DNA from: Raillietiella orientalis
Taxonomy: Eukaryota
Direction: 5' to 3'
Assembly (NCBI GenBank): GCA_036172245.1
Contig: JAYWIR010000013.1
Coordinates: forward strand, 2,232,001-2,296,000
DNA length: 64,000 bases
This document shows positions 12,201 through 23,540 of this stretch, one piece after another. Numbering within the stretch: the first letter of the stretch is position 1; each line of letters opens with the position of its first letter. The notes beneath the pieces are model-generated. The model was given only the letters and a program-made list of their open reading frames with translations. It made no database searches and was not told the origin of the DNA. A program made the translations under genes and the position numbers.

Positions 12201-15200
12201 CTGACAGGAAGCGGCATCCCGGTGTCGCACCCGTTCCAGGTGGAGCGCCTCCTCGTGGACGAGTTCGAGATCAGCAGGTAGAGCTGCACGGCCGTCACTG
12301 TCCAGCTCCCGCGACCCTCCTCCTCCCAACGCTGCAGGTGGCTGTCGGAAAAGCTCCCGCCAGACGAACTCTCCATCCAAAACGCCGTGCTGACCACCTG
12401 CGGCAGCCGCTTCCCCATATGCATCGACCCGCAGCAGCAGGTTCTTCCGCGCGCGCGCCATCGACTTCCCGTCGCGCACGCCGCCTCTCCCGTAGGCTCT
12501 CCGGTGGATCAAGACGCGAGAGGAGCAGAACAATCTCAAGATCCTCAGCTTCAACGACCAGGACTTCCTGAAGCACCTGGAGGTCGCTGCGAAGTACGGG
12601 TTCCCCGTCCTGTTCCAGGACACTGACGAGTACATCGACCCCGTCATCGACAACCTGCTGGAACGCAGAATCGTGGGTCAGGAGGGATGATCCCCACCTT
12701 CACCCATCCACACCCGGACGTCTTGTTTTTCCAGCATCTCAGGGAAGGCAGTACGTCGTCATCGGAGACAAGGAAGTGGACTTTGACAGCAACTTCCGCA
12801 TGTACCTGACCACCAGGCTGTCGAACCCAAAGTACGCCCCGGAAACATTCAGCAAGGCGATGGTCATCAATTACACGGTGACGGCGAAGGTGAGCGAGCT
12901 GGCCCGCAGGCCACCGCCGATGACCTGGAATTTTAGGGTCTGGAGAAGCAGCTGCTCAGCGTGGTCGTGGGCTTCGAAAAGGCGGACTTGGAGGAGCAGC
13001 GACGCAGCCTCGTGGAGGAGACGTTCAAGAACGAGCGCCTGATGAAGGACCTGGAGGACTCCCTGCTGCGAGAGCTGGCCTTCTCCTCCGGGAACATGCT
13101 TGACAACGAGGATCTGATCGACACGTTGGAGGGCATCAAAGAGAAAGCGAGAGACGTAGGTGGCCCCGACTTGCTGCACCCCCGACCTGGAAGGCGTCAC
13201 TGCCTTTCAGGTCTCCGAAAAGCTACAGCTCTCCGCCGTCACGGCTGCCGAGATCGAGGAGAGCCGCGGCATCTACAGGCCGGTGGCCGAGCGAGGGGCC
13301 ATCTTGTTCTTCGTCCTGGACTCGCTGGCGCTCATCAACCCCATGTACCAGTTCTCCCTGAACTCCTACCTCGGCATCTTCATGCTCTCCATCAAGAAGA
13401 GCATGCCCAACCTAAGCATCCAGAAGCGCGTCAAGAACATCACGGATGCCCTCATGAACAGCGTCCACTGCTACGGCTGCACCGGTATGCCCGCGCGCGC
13501 GCCTCTTCCCCGCCCGCGACGCGCCCTCCCTCCCTCCCTCCCTCAGGTATCTTCGAGGCGCACAAGCTGCTCTTCTCCTTGGAGATCGCCATCAGCATCG
13601 ACAGGCATCGCGGGGAGATACGCCAGGAGGAGCTGGACTTTTTCACGAGGGGGGGCACATCGGAACCGCCGCCCGCGCCGAAACCACACGAGTGGATCCC
13701 CGACCAGGTGACCTCCCCAGCTGCCCGCCTGCAAAGTAATCCCCCGTCGTTCCCACCGCACCAGAGCTGGAGGGACGTCACGCAGCTCGCCAGGGACTTT
13801 GTGGCGTTCCACGACCTCGCGGAGCACATCGAGCAGCACGGGGACGAGTGGAAACACGTGCGTCGTCATCGTCGCTGCCGCAGCCGCGTCCCTTCCTCCG
13901 CTCTCCCGCTCGCGCGCGCGGGAGAGCGGAGGCCCGCCATCCGGCCTCCCGTCGCTTTGGCGGTGCCTTTCCCCCCGAGGTCCATCTTTCTTTCCGGCTG
14001 CCTTCGGAATGGCCCTCGAGTTGGCTCGAGGGCAGCTACAGCGTGCGACAACAGGCGTCTTCCTTTCTTTTCCTTCGCGCTTCCCCCAGCCTCTCCGGCC
14101 CCGCCCTCCGTCTGCTTTGGCTCCGAAACACCCCTGTTTCATGTACAGTGGTTCCACTCGGACCGCCCGGAGGCGCTCCCCCTCCCGAGAGGCTACTCCA
14201 GGGGTCTGAAGAAGTTCCAGAGCCTCCTGCTGTTGCGCTGCTTCCACGTCGACCGGGTTTACCTCGCCATTGCCGACTACATCGCCCACGTCCTGGGCGA
14301 GGTGTACGCTGCGCCACCGCCCGTGAGGTACGTCCGAAGGACCTCTTTCGCTCCGTCTGACGCGCGCGCCTGCCTTCCCAGCTTCGACGCCGTCTACGAG
14401 CAGAGCTCGCCCGCCTGCCCCGTGATGGTCATCCTGAGCGCGGGTGCCGACCCAGTCGGCGACCTCACCAAACTTTCCGAGAGGTGCGGACGCAGGAGCA
14501 GCCAGCTGAGTTTCCTTTCGCTGGGCAGAGGACAGGAGGCGGTGAGAACTCAACTACCTTCCTTCCAGGTTCCCTCCTCCCATCCTTCCTTCCTTTCTCT
14601 TCGTCTGCTGCACAGAACGGTGTACGCGGTGCTAAAGATCCGGTGCTTGACCGCCGTCGCCGTGCGCTCAGCGGCCGAGAAGAGCTGCGACGTGGATGGG
14701 ATCGAGAGCGGGGTGCAAGGACGGAAGACGAGGGCAGTGGTGGGAGATCCGAGATTCCCTGACGATGATGCTGATCCTCGAGAACCGGGAAGGGACCGCA
14801 GCGCAGCCCGGGATTCTTTGCGCAGCGCTCAAGGAAGCCGGCAGCAGATGCGCCTTTGTTTGCAGCTGCAAAGAGACGCGTCCGGGGAGATGACCGAGTG
14901 GCCTCATCCGGAACGCTGCCCAACGCGGACATCAGTTCCGGTTTTTGCAGGCCCACAACGACGAGTGCCCAGCGGTGCGCGCGCGTCCAGAAAAGGAACG
15001 GTCGTGAGAGGTGGACGGATGACGTGACAACGTGGAGAGGAAGGGGGGAAGGCGAAGAGGCTGCTGACGGCTTCGTCGTCGTCGTCGTCGACGACTGGCT
15101 AACTGGCTACAACTGGAGCGCGCTGTTCAAAACCCTTGGTGCATCGAAAGTGCTTCGGCCGCCTTGATTGAATCCAGAGACGTCCGGGGTGCCCCGATCG

Positions 15201-18200
15201 GACCGTTGAATGGTCAGCGTAGGAGGTGCGACCGCTCGCTCCCGTTGCGGGAATGACGGACGGACCACTTCCGGACCTGCGATGGGCTCGCTCCGCCGCC
15301 GGTGCCGGAAGTTCGTGCTCGTCGCCTCCTCTTTTCATTCTTGGCTCCTCCACTATCCCTTCCCGCGAGTCTTGAGGACTCGTTGCACGCGCCGCACCGG
15401 TTGGACGTGTCCTGTCACGTTTTCGGTTCTGCTTCCAGAAAGCTCTGCTCCTGATGGAACAGGCGGCTCTAGAGGGAAACTGGCTGGTCCTCCAGAACTG
15501 CCACCTTCTCATGGAATTCATGAAAGTCAAAGTTGGCAAGTTTTTGGAAAGTTTGGTCCAGCCGCACCCAAATTTCCGCCTGTGGTTGACCAGCGAGGCC
15601 GTGAAAGATTTCCCCGTCGGCATCCTGCAGAACTCGCTAAAAGGTGATGACGGGGGTTCGCACTTTTCTTCTTCGGTTCGACCACGCTGCCTTGCTACCA
15701 AAGAAAGAAACTAGTGGCATCTGTCGTTGCGCGACAGATGCCGCCCGTTTCTTTGCACGCGGCAAGTCGAGTTACGGATGAGGTTTCCAGACGAACGCGG
15801 GAAGGACTGAGAATGTCGCCATTCTCTGCAGCGTTCGCATCGTGGACAGCAACTTTGCGCGCACGCATCCCCTCGTCACCAAGCTGGAGTGCCGGATTTC
15901 AAGTGACGCGGCCAACGTCGTCCGCTTGGACGCTTCGAGCACACAAGGAACGGAGCCCCTGCACGGAGGACGACGGAACGACGCATCCTCCTACTTATGA
16001 AAAAACGTGTGGCAGATGCAGTCCGTCTCCGCTGCCGCCCGCCAGAGTTACAGTCCCAGAACCGGGCTCCAGTTTGGTCCCAATCGAAGCCCAACGTTTG
16101 GGGCTCATCGGTTTGCCGCTGCTTGCTCTCCACGCCGTTTGATGATGTGGTTTGAGTGTCCACACGAAACAACAGTACAAGCCCTCCTTTCGCATTCTTT
16201 CGAAGCTTACCCCTTTCGTTTACCCAGAAGGGCAAAACTGCCGCCGTCGCCCGGGTGAACCCTCGTGGCGTGTACAAATAATAAACAGACCTGCGTCTCA
16301 CAGAAGAGCGTGCACAGACTGCCCGTTTCGTGTTTGGACCCCATGACAACGAACGAACGAGTCTATCTGAATTCATCCTGAATAGCCTGGGCTGGGACTC
16401 GCGTAACCAACTTGCGTTAGCACCTTCCGTGCATCGACGTCCACGCCCTGCGGCATTCAGGTCACTCCCCTCCCGCCCAGCTTTCGGATGGGGAGGGAGT
16501 GCCTCCTTGCCACGCGTAAGTGCCATACAAAAAAGACTGGCATCGTGAGCTCCTTCCCTTCCCGGAAGAGGTCGCCGCGAAGATGACTAGCCAACCTCCG
16601 CACCGTCTACCAAGTCCGCAAGCACGTTCTTCCCTCTCCGAGACGGGTGAAACCAGAAGGGTGGTCTGCAGAGCCGCGACCTCGATCGACGACGGCCTTT
16701 CTCGGACTCGCCCTTCGAGAACACGCGCGACGAAAGCCTTCGGAAGAGGCTCAAAGGGACGCGGAAGCGACAGGACAGGACCTTTTTTCCGGGTGCCATT
16801 GCAGTCGGAACCAGATAGACCAAGGCGACATGCTCTGCAAGCAGGAAAGAAAAAATCTCCATCCCTGCGGATCAACAGGTGGCAGTGCGTTTCCAAAGCT
16901 CGGGAAAGTCCTCAAGCGAAGAAACGGAACTGCTTCCTTCGCAACGCGAACCCAATCATCACGGACACCGAATCGGATCGAATTCATCTCGTCCTCCTAG
17001 TCGGCGACTCTCCCCCGGAATACAAGAGCGTGGGGAGCTTGCTCCCTTCCCTCTTTCTTTCACAAGAACCATTTAAAGAGGGTGGACGGAAGGAAGAAGA
17101 CCTGGACCGCCGTACCCCAGTGCGTGCGATCTCCACGTCGGAATCCAGTCTCGGAACGGAGGGGAAAGTGCTAGGAACGGAAGGCGAAGAAGAGAATTCC
17201 GACTCCCTCAACGAAGCTGGGTGATGGTGGCGGACTGGTGCTGTCAATGTGCGAAATGCTGGAAGGAGGAGGAGATCGCAGACGACTCGGTCAGCCAGCT
17301 CTTTCGATGGCTGATTTGGCGAGAAAGAGTGAGCCACAGAAAGTGTGGTGGCGTAGAGCGCGCGTTTCGGTCAAGATGAGATGGATCTTGGTGCATCCCG
17401 CATGCAAACTCGGCATGGATCCATCTATCCAGCTCCGTCCATCCTCCTGCTGGAAAGAAGCGGAACGCAGAGCCGGAAAAATCAGAGAAATCGCGACTTT
17501 GTGCGAAGGCCTTCCCGTCTCAGTTCGGTCCTTCCCGACCATTTAGGGACTTCCCGGTCGCCTCCCGCTCTGCAGCCAAAGCGGTGAAATCATGACGTCT
17601 GTGTGTTCCAGTGGTGTCGGAATCTCCTAGCAGCCTGAAGATGGTTTTGCTTCGCATCTACCAGGGCATGTCCAACGTCATGTTTGCAGAGTGCAAGCAC
17701 CCGCTCTTCCCACCGCTGGTGTACGTTGCATCTTTCCTCCATGCTGCGCTGGTGGTGAGTTTCCGTCCTCTCGCTTGGCACTACAGTTGCCTGCGGAGCA
17801 CACTTCATGCCTCCTCAGGCACGCAAAAAATACGGGAAAATAGGGTGGAATGTGCCCTACGATTTCGACGAGACGGACTCGAATGCCTCCTTCTCCGTTT
17901 TGTCAGAGTACCTCAACAAATCCCACGAATCCAGCGAAGGTGCGATTCCCTGGGACTCAGTCAAGTACCTGATGAGAGAGGTCAGTGAGCTTCCCTCAGG
18001 AGCAGCTCGCGCCGCGTGCAGCGATGGCACGGACCGCCGCTACGCGCAGACAGCATGCAGTTTCTGCGCGGGGGAGGGGACATGCATCCACAGCTGTGCC
18101 AGCGCTGGCGCTGGCGGCGCGGCAGATGTTTGGTTCACCATGAAACAAACAATTCCCTCCCAAAGCCTCTCTCTTTCAGATGTTTTCAGATTTCTGAAAA

Positions 18201-21200
18201 TTTTTTCATGTTGAAAATGATTTCTGTTTTTAGTTTTCAGAACATCTGCAAAATCTGTAAAACGAGAGATCTTGTTTTGAAGATTTTGCAGATGTTCCTC
18301 CGAATGTGTTGATCACTTTGGTTGGGTCCCTCCCAGCATCCAAGCTTCGTCTCTCGCTGGCGGCAGGCGGATTCGGGAGCGACCCCGGTCTCGTCTGGGT
18401 GACCAGTCGAACTGCGCTTCTCACTTTACCCGAGAGGGACGAGAAGAGTGCGCTGAGTACGCCACTCTTCGCTTCCCTGGGATCCTCAGTGGACGACGAA
18501 AACAGTAGGGTGACCCACGCGAGAGGGTCCCGGTCCACGATTTCCATCCCTGGAATCGTGTGTTCCGAATTCCGGAACGCGGACGCCCATGCCGAGCGCG
18601 CTTTCCGTTCACCCCTGCGAGCTTCGGAGCATGGAGCCATGCAGACTCGCGACCAAGCACCGGAAGAGGTGACAAAGCATGGAAGAGGCGAAGCTGAAAG
18701 GTGAAGCTGCTGTCACTGGTCTTTGGAAGGGAATGAGACTGTTCTTGCCACTGTCGCAAAACATGGAATACGCTCGTAGCCCTCGGCGAAGATCCCTCAA
18801 CGCATCCAGAAAACTCCACCGAAGCGTTCTTGCCGCGAGTTGCTTTCCCTACTTTGCCGTCCAATCCGGAGGACGAGAAAAGTCCCTTCCGCCGCTCTCC
18901 CTTTCGAATTTTCCAGTTCCAAACCGGCAAGACCTCCTTTGGCCTCTTTTGCTCGTTTCCCCTTCCTTCTTCGCACCTCCAGGGCTTCACCTCTCGAATT
19001 TCGCTTTCATCTTCACAAGCGGAGGTGATTCTCGCGTCCTGTTTTTGCCCCCACAGGAATCCATTCTGGAGTCGGAGGAAAGAGGGACATCGACAATGCA
19101 CATAGCAAACAACATTCGAATCGGGTAAAAGGTCATCCAAGGTGACACCCCCGAACCCAGGAGGAGTGCGTCTCGAGGAATCTCGTGAGGAAGACGGGCA
19201 CTCCGAGCAGGAGATTTAGATTGGGCGGGGGACGCACGGAGGCAAGCAACACAAAGTGCGAACCCCACGCAGGATACGAGTTGGTGCGACGGCTTCGGAA
19301 GATGGCGTTTCCATAAGCGACGAGAACCCAAGGATGAAATTGTGAAGCGCCACCTCTCTCCAGCATCCGGAGATGTTTTGTCGGATCAGCACGATGGGAC
19401 CTCCGTGCAGGGGTTCCCTGTGCTGGAATGGTGCTCCCTGACTGCTTTTTTTTTTTTTCTTTTTTTATCGGGGGGCACCATTTCATCTTCATGCTGTGTG
19501 TTTGTTTTTTCCTCTCTTTGCGTAGGGAGAGAGAAAGAGAGTAACATGCTGATAGAGTCAATTTCGAAAAGCCAGTAGGGGGGGAGGGGGGGGGCTATCC
19601 AGAATGGGATACGAGCATGAGCTCTGCCTCTCGTTCTTCTCCATGAAGAATTCGCTTTCATTAAATGGGAAATCTTCGGTTCGTCTCCTTCGGGAGCCAT
19701 TCCCGATTTTGCGTTGCCCTAAAGAGAGAGAAAACATCCACCCACCCCTTCTCCCACAGGAAGCACTGGGTTTTCAAAATGCTGCCTCGAGTGCGGGACG
19801 AGCATCTTTAGAAGCTCGTTGCTTCCCCCTACCCGAAATCCATCTCGTGGGACGAACTGCACGCTCTCGAGAACCAGGTCCCTCCACTCTTTGTGCTCTT
19901 CCCAGATCATATACGGAGGTCGCATCCTCGACCAGTACGACCACCGACTACTCAAGACGTACGTGGAGGAATACATGGGGGATTTTCTCTTCGACGAGCT
20001 GCAGCCATTCCGCTTCTACTCGGACGGCGAGGTCGAATTCCTCATCCCCTCGGTTACCCACGGAAGGCTGAAGGAGCCCTATCTAGGTATGGCGCGAAAG
20101 CACTCGGAGCCGCCGCTCCCACTTGAACACCCAGCATACATCAACGCGATGGATTTGCAGTCTTCGCCCAGAGTGCTCGGTCTTCACCCCAACGCAGACA
20201 TCGGCTACTACGCAGATGCAGTGGAAAGCATCTGGAACCATCTGAGGGAACTGCAGCCCGGAAGCGGTAAAAGCCTGTTGAATGTGCCTTTAGGATGATG
20301 AAGATGGAGGCCGGAGAACCTCCGTCCTGTCGCCGGAAGGCTCCTCTTTCTTGGTGCCTCTCTTCTCCCTCAGGCCTGACGAATGGCGAACCCGAGAGAG
20401 AGCAGGTCGTTAGGAAAGCGGCGGCTGACGTCATCCTGGCCCTCCCACCACCGTACAACATCCCGGCTCTTGCGAAAAATTTCGAAACCACTTTGACTCC
20501 GACCACGGCAGTGCTGCTGCAAGAGCTGGACAGATGCAACTGGCTCATCAACGCCATGTCCAAGTCCCTGGAAAGTCTGATCGAGGTGACGTTTGTTCCG
20601 TCTCACGCGAGGAACGATCAGCGACCACCCTCTCAGGCCGTAGACGGGAAGGCTCCAATGAGCGACGCTTCCGAGAGGGTGAGCGCGGCCGTCTTCGAAG
20701 GCCGCTTGCCCGACGTCTGGAGGAGGTGGGCTCCCCCGACGTGCAAATCCTTGGGCAGCTGGGTAGTGCACTTGAGCAAGAGGATCCACCAGTACGACGC
20801 CTGGGTACGAAACCGAATGACGCCGCAGCCCACCCAAAGTTCACAATTGCGCTTGCAGGTGAAACACGGAGAGCCCAAGGTCATGTGGCTATCCGGTCTG
20901 CACGTTCCCGCGTCTTACCTGGTAGCCCTGCTGCAAACGGCGTGCCGCAAGAACAACTGGCCCATCGAAAAATACGTGCTGCGTACATCCGTGACCTCGT
21001 ACACAAACACGGACGTCATCGCGGACAAGCCCATGCAGGTGGACGGCCCCACCTCTGCACCCCCTTCCATCGCTAACCGATAGCTCTCCTGCGAAGGGCT
21101 GCTATGTGCAGGGACTCTTCCTAGAGGGGGCAGCATGGGACACCGAAAGGAGATGCCTTTGTGATCCGCAGCCGAGATGCGTCCTGCAAGAACTCCCCAT

Positions 21201-21750
21201 CCTCCGAATCCTGCCGGTGGAAGCCAGGAAGCTCAGAGCAAAGGTCACACACAGTGGGCAAGCGCACTCAGGGGGCGAACGAGAGCGGCCGCGACCTCTC
21301 CACCGAGACTGCGGCCTCTGACTCCTCCCTCCCACGGGAGGAAACCCTCAGCGAACAAAGACGGGCTGTTCCGCAACCTCTGGGCACGTCGCGCCCGGCT
21401 TGGCTGGAATCGAACGCGGCGTCACTCGCGCGTCCCGAACGATCCTCAGCCGGGTGATGCCTCCGCCCCCACAGGGCTCGCTCGCCTCCTGAGACAACGC
21501 GCTCTTCCCCATCCTGCCTCCACACCTCCTCCCAGACGGGGCTGCGCGCGGAAGTGCCCACTGGGTCGGCACGCGACCCCCCTCTCACCGCTCTGCGTTC
21601 CAGGACTGCGTGAAGATGCCCGTCTACACGACCTCTCTGAGGAGCGACGCCGCGGGCGGAGGCCTCGTATTCGAAGCCGACCTGTCCACTGCCGACCACG
21701 AGAGCCACTGGATCCTCAAGGGGGGGTGTCTCATCCTGAACACCGACTGA
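1..21750 (+). CDS. DNAH10: Axonemal inner-arm dynein heavy chain (dynein f/I1-alpha, DNAH10/Dhc98D-like); dozens of exons, 5' end lies upstream of the window
   Basis: Spliced exons give linker motifs ([34 protein letters not shown]), AAA1 ([40 protein letters not shown]), AAA2 ([48 protein letters not shown]), AAA3 ([21 protein letters not shown]), AAA4 ([13 protein letters not shown]), stalk/MTBD ([25 protein letters not shown]), AAA5 ([17 protein letters not shown]), AAA6 ([11 protein letters not shown]) and the C-terminus [27 protein letters not shown], a DNAH10-type end. Stop TGA 21748-21750. Most introns are 45-80 bp GT-AG. The junctions I checked keep frame. Confidence 0.93.
18240..18297. 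repeat. AT-rich intronic hairpin with a perfect 17-bp outer stem
   Basis: GAACATCTGCAAAATCT (18240-18256) is the reverse complement of AGATTTTGCAGATGTTC (18281-18297); inner AAAACGAGA/TCTTGTTTT extends the stem. Confidence 0.85.
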
Positions 21751-21789
21751 GCCAATCAGGCCAACGCCACCAGTCCGCCCCATGCCATC

Positions 21790-21795
21790 AATAAA
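21790..21795 (+). terminator. Polyadenylation signal of the dynein gene
   Basis: AATAAA 40 nt after the stop codon, followed by a GT-rich tract (CGTGTTT). Confidence 0.7.
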
Positions 21796-22021
21796 GTCCC
21801 TCCATATGCATACAGCACGTGTTTCAATGGGGAGCTGCCAGAGGGCTGCGGTTTGCTTCGGAAAGCGTCCGGGAGGTTGTCTCTCCTTCCGCCGGCGCTC
21901 TCCTCGCCCCCGCGGCTGGCGGAGGACCCCGACCCCGGTCTCCCAACAGGTCATGCGCGTCCATCAGGCGAAAAAGAAGCACTTTATTGCGCGCAGGCGG
22001 AAGGCGGGCTCTTTTCGCAGC

Positions 22022-22838
22022 CTGCGAACTCACGGGCAGGATGCTGATCCAGAACATCGAGTGCGCAAGCAGCGTGCAGGTCGCGTTCATCGGTAACCTC
22101 AGCTTCATCTGGATGTTGACTCCCTTCCGCACCTGGGACCCGGAGAAACTGGAAGGCAGAGCCGTCAGGAGGTGCCTGGGGGGTCCTGCGGGGACGTTAC
22201 CTCTCCACGCCTCCAGGGAGCTCGAACTCGCAGGTTATATTGGGCGGGAAGGCACGCTGTATGCTGAGGACCGTCTCGTTGGTGTGGTAATCCTGGGCGG
22301 GAGCGGTCAGCCTCGCGCACGCGCGCGACCGCCTGCGCGCGAACCCACCTTCATGTTCAGCTTGCAGAACGCGACGTGCTCGTAATGTTGCCAAGACCTG
22401 CTCCAGGCGATGCTGCAATCGTCCTCCCCGTGGGCGCGCGTCCTCTCCAGCGCCACCACGCAGGGACCGGTGGCCCTGTTGACCTTCAGCCGCAGGTCGA
22501 CCTGCTGGGAGGAATCCTCCGTCGTCGCTTCCTCCTCCTGCTGTGGGGCTCAGGCGCCGTAGCACGAGGACATCAGGAGGGTCAGGATTGACTGCGCGAG
22601 AGATGGACGGGCTGCTGCAGCGGCCGCGCCCTCATCGTTCGAGTTGCACGGCGAAGCGGGAAGGTAAGGGGGGAGGGACGGCCAGCTGCCCTCCGCACTG
22701 TTGCCGCCGCCCCCGCGACTCCTGAAGCCTTGCATCTCCGGGGACGGGGGCGGGATGCGCGAGAGACGATGGCCATGTGCGGATGCGAGCGGCAAAGGGA
22801 GCGCTCATTCTCACCAGGGCGTGTGTGGAGACGGCCAT
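22022..22838 (-). pseudogene. Disabled paralogue (X1) of the secreted protein gene at 39400-40203
   Basis: Exons 22838-22815 (MAVSTHAL), 22591-22349, 22292-22201, 22148-22022, with the same intron positions and phases as X2. In-frame TGA at 22552-22550 where X2 has CGA. X2's terminal TAG corresponds to CAG here (22024-22022). AATAAA at 21988-21983. Confidence 0.8.
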
Positions 22839-22912
22839 GCTGGTGCTACTGGCTGGCTGGTGTCGGTGGTGAGGCGTCTTCGGCGACCGAGGTGCTTCAG
22901 GTGGCGCCTTGG

Positions 22913-22937
22913 AACTGATGTCTCAGGGTGATTTATA
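22913..22937 (-). promoter_or_regulatory. TATA box and initiator of X1, with shortened spacing
   Basis: TATAAA 22937-22932 and TCAGTT 22918-22913. Context GCCTATAAAT...CATCAGT matches the X2 promoter, but TATA-to-+1 is 21 nt versus 32 nt. Confidence 0.6.
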
Positions 22938-23200
22938 GGCCGCCGAGCAGGCTGATGGCACGAGCGTATTCCGATCTTACACACACATCCTCTTTCGCTT
23001 CCCCCTTTCCCTCGCGGGAACCCCCCGCGTCTGTTCGGCCAAGGGCAACAAAAGGCACGTATAGGAGTGGGAAAAGCACTATCGGCGTAGAATCTGCGCG
23101 ACGGCAGGTTGCGGCGGAGACTTCCGTTGGCTCCGCGCAAGCATCGATCAATGCCGCTGTCGACGCCGTTAGTGGTCCCGGGATCGGCGGCAGCCCATCC

Positions 23201-23350
23201 GCCACACCCGAATGTCTCGGCCGACCAGCGCCATTGCAGGAGGAACTCCGGACACAACGACGCAGTGGAGTCAGTTTCTGCCAGAGTATTCGAACCTCCG
23301 ACGCATGGTACCACACGCGGAGACCTTAACCACAAAGTCTCCGACACGGG
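23201..23350 (-). mobile_element. tRNA-derived SINE head (Pol III internal promoter)
   Basis: Minus strand reads ...TTTGTGGTTAAGG (A-box-like)...GGTTCGAATAC (B box, 23296-23286). A homologous copy lies at 55241-55471. Confidence 0.7.
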
Positions 23351-23448
23351 TGAAGACCCGTAATCGCACTGCCTGCGATATGCGCCTTCCCCGACGAGCG
23401 TTGCGTGCGAGCACGGGGCGCCATCGCGAATACCGGATGAAGCGGACA

Positions 23449-23540
23449 GGCTGCCGCTGATCTCGGGAGCACTTGTAGCGGCAGCAGCGGCATTGATCTA
23501 GCAGTCGAGCACGTCGCGATCTGCAACCTGAACATGAAGG
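23449..23540 (+). pseudogene. Internally deleted third remnant (X3) of the secreted-gene family
   Basis: 23449-23498 matches the reverse complement of 23146-23195 at 40/50 and resembles 38971-39026. 23506-23540 matches the end of X1 exon 2 (22382-22348) at 33/35, encoding EHVAICNLNMK. Confidence 0.75.

Noticed and set aside
12961..15027. 688-aa ORF as a standalone gene
   Set aside because: It is a read-through of several dynein exons and introns; only parts are in the true frame.
16050..17250. Possible BEL/Pao retroelement remnants ([13 protein letters not shown]-like words)
   Set aside because: Only short word matches; no RT, RNase H, integrase or LTR could be supported.
22550..22552. Selenocysteine codon in X1
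   Set aside because: The paralogue has Arg (CGA), not Cys; no SECIS seen; other lesions indicate decay.
23270..23350. tRNA gene
   Set aside because: A/B-box-like motifs are present but I could not fold a convincing cloverleaf, and homology to 55241-55471 extends well beyond tRNA length; better explained as a SINE.
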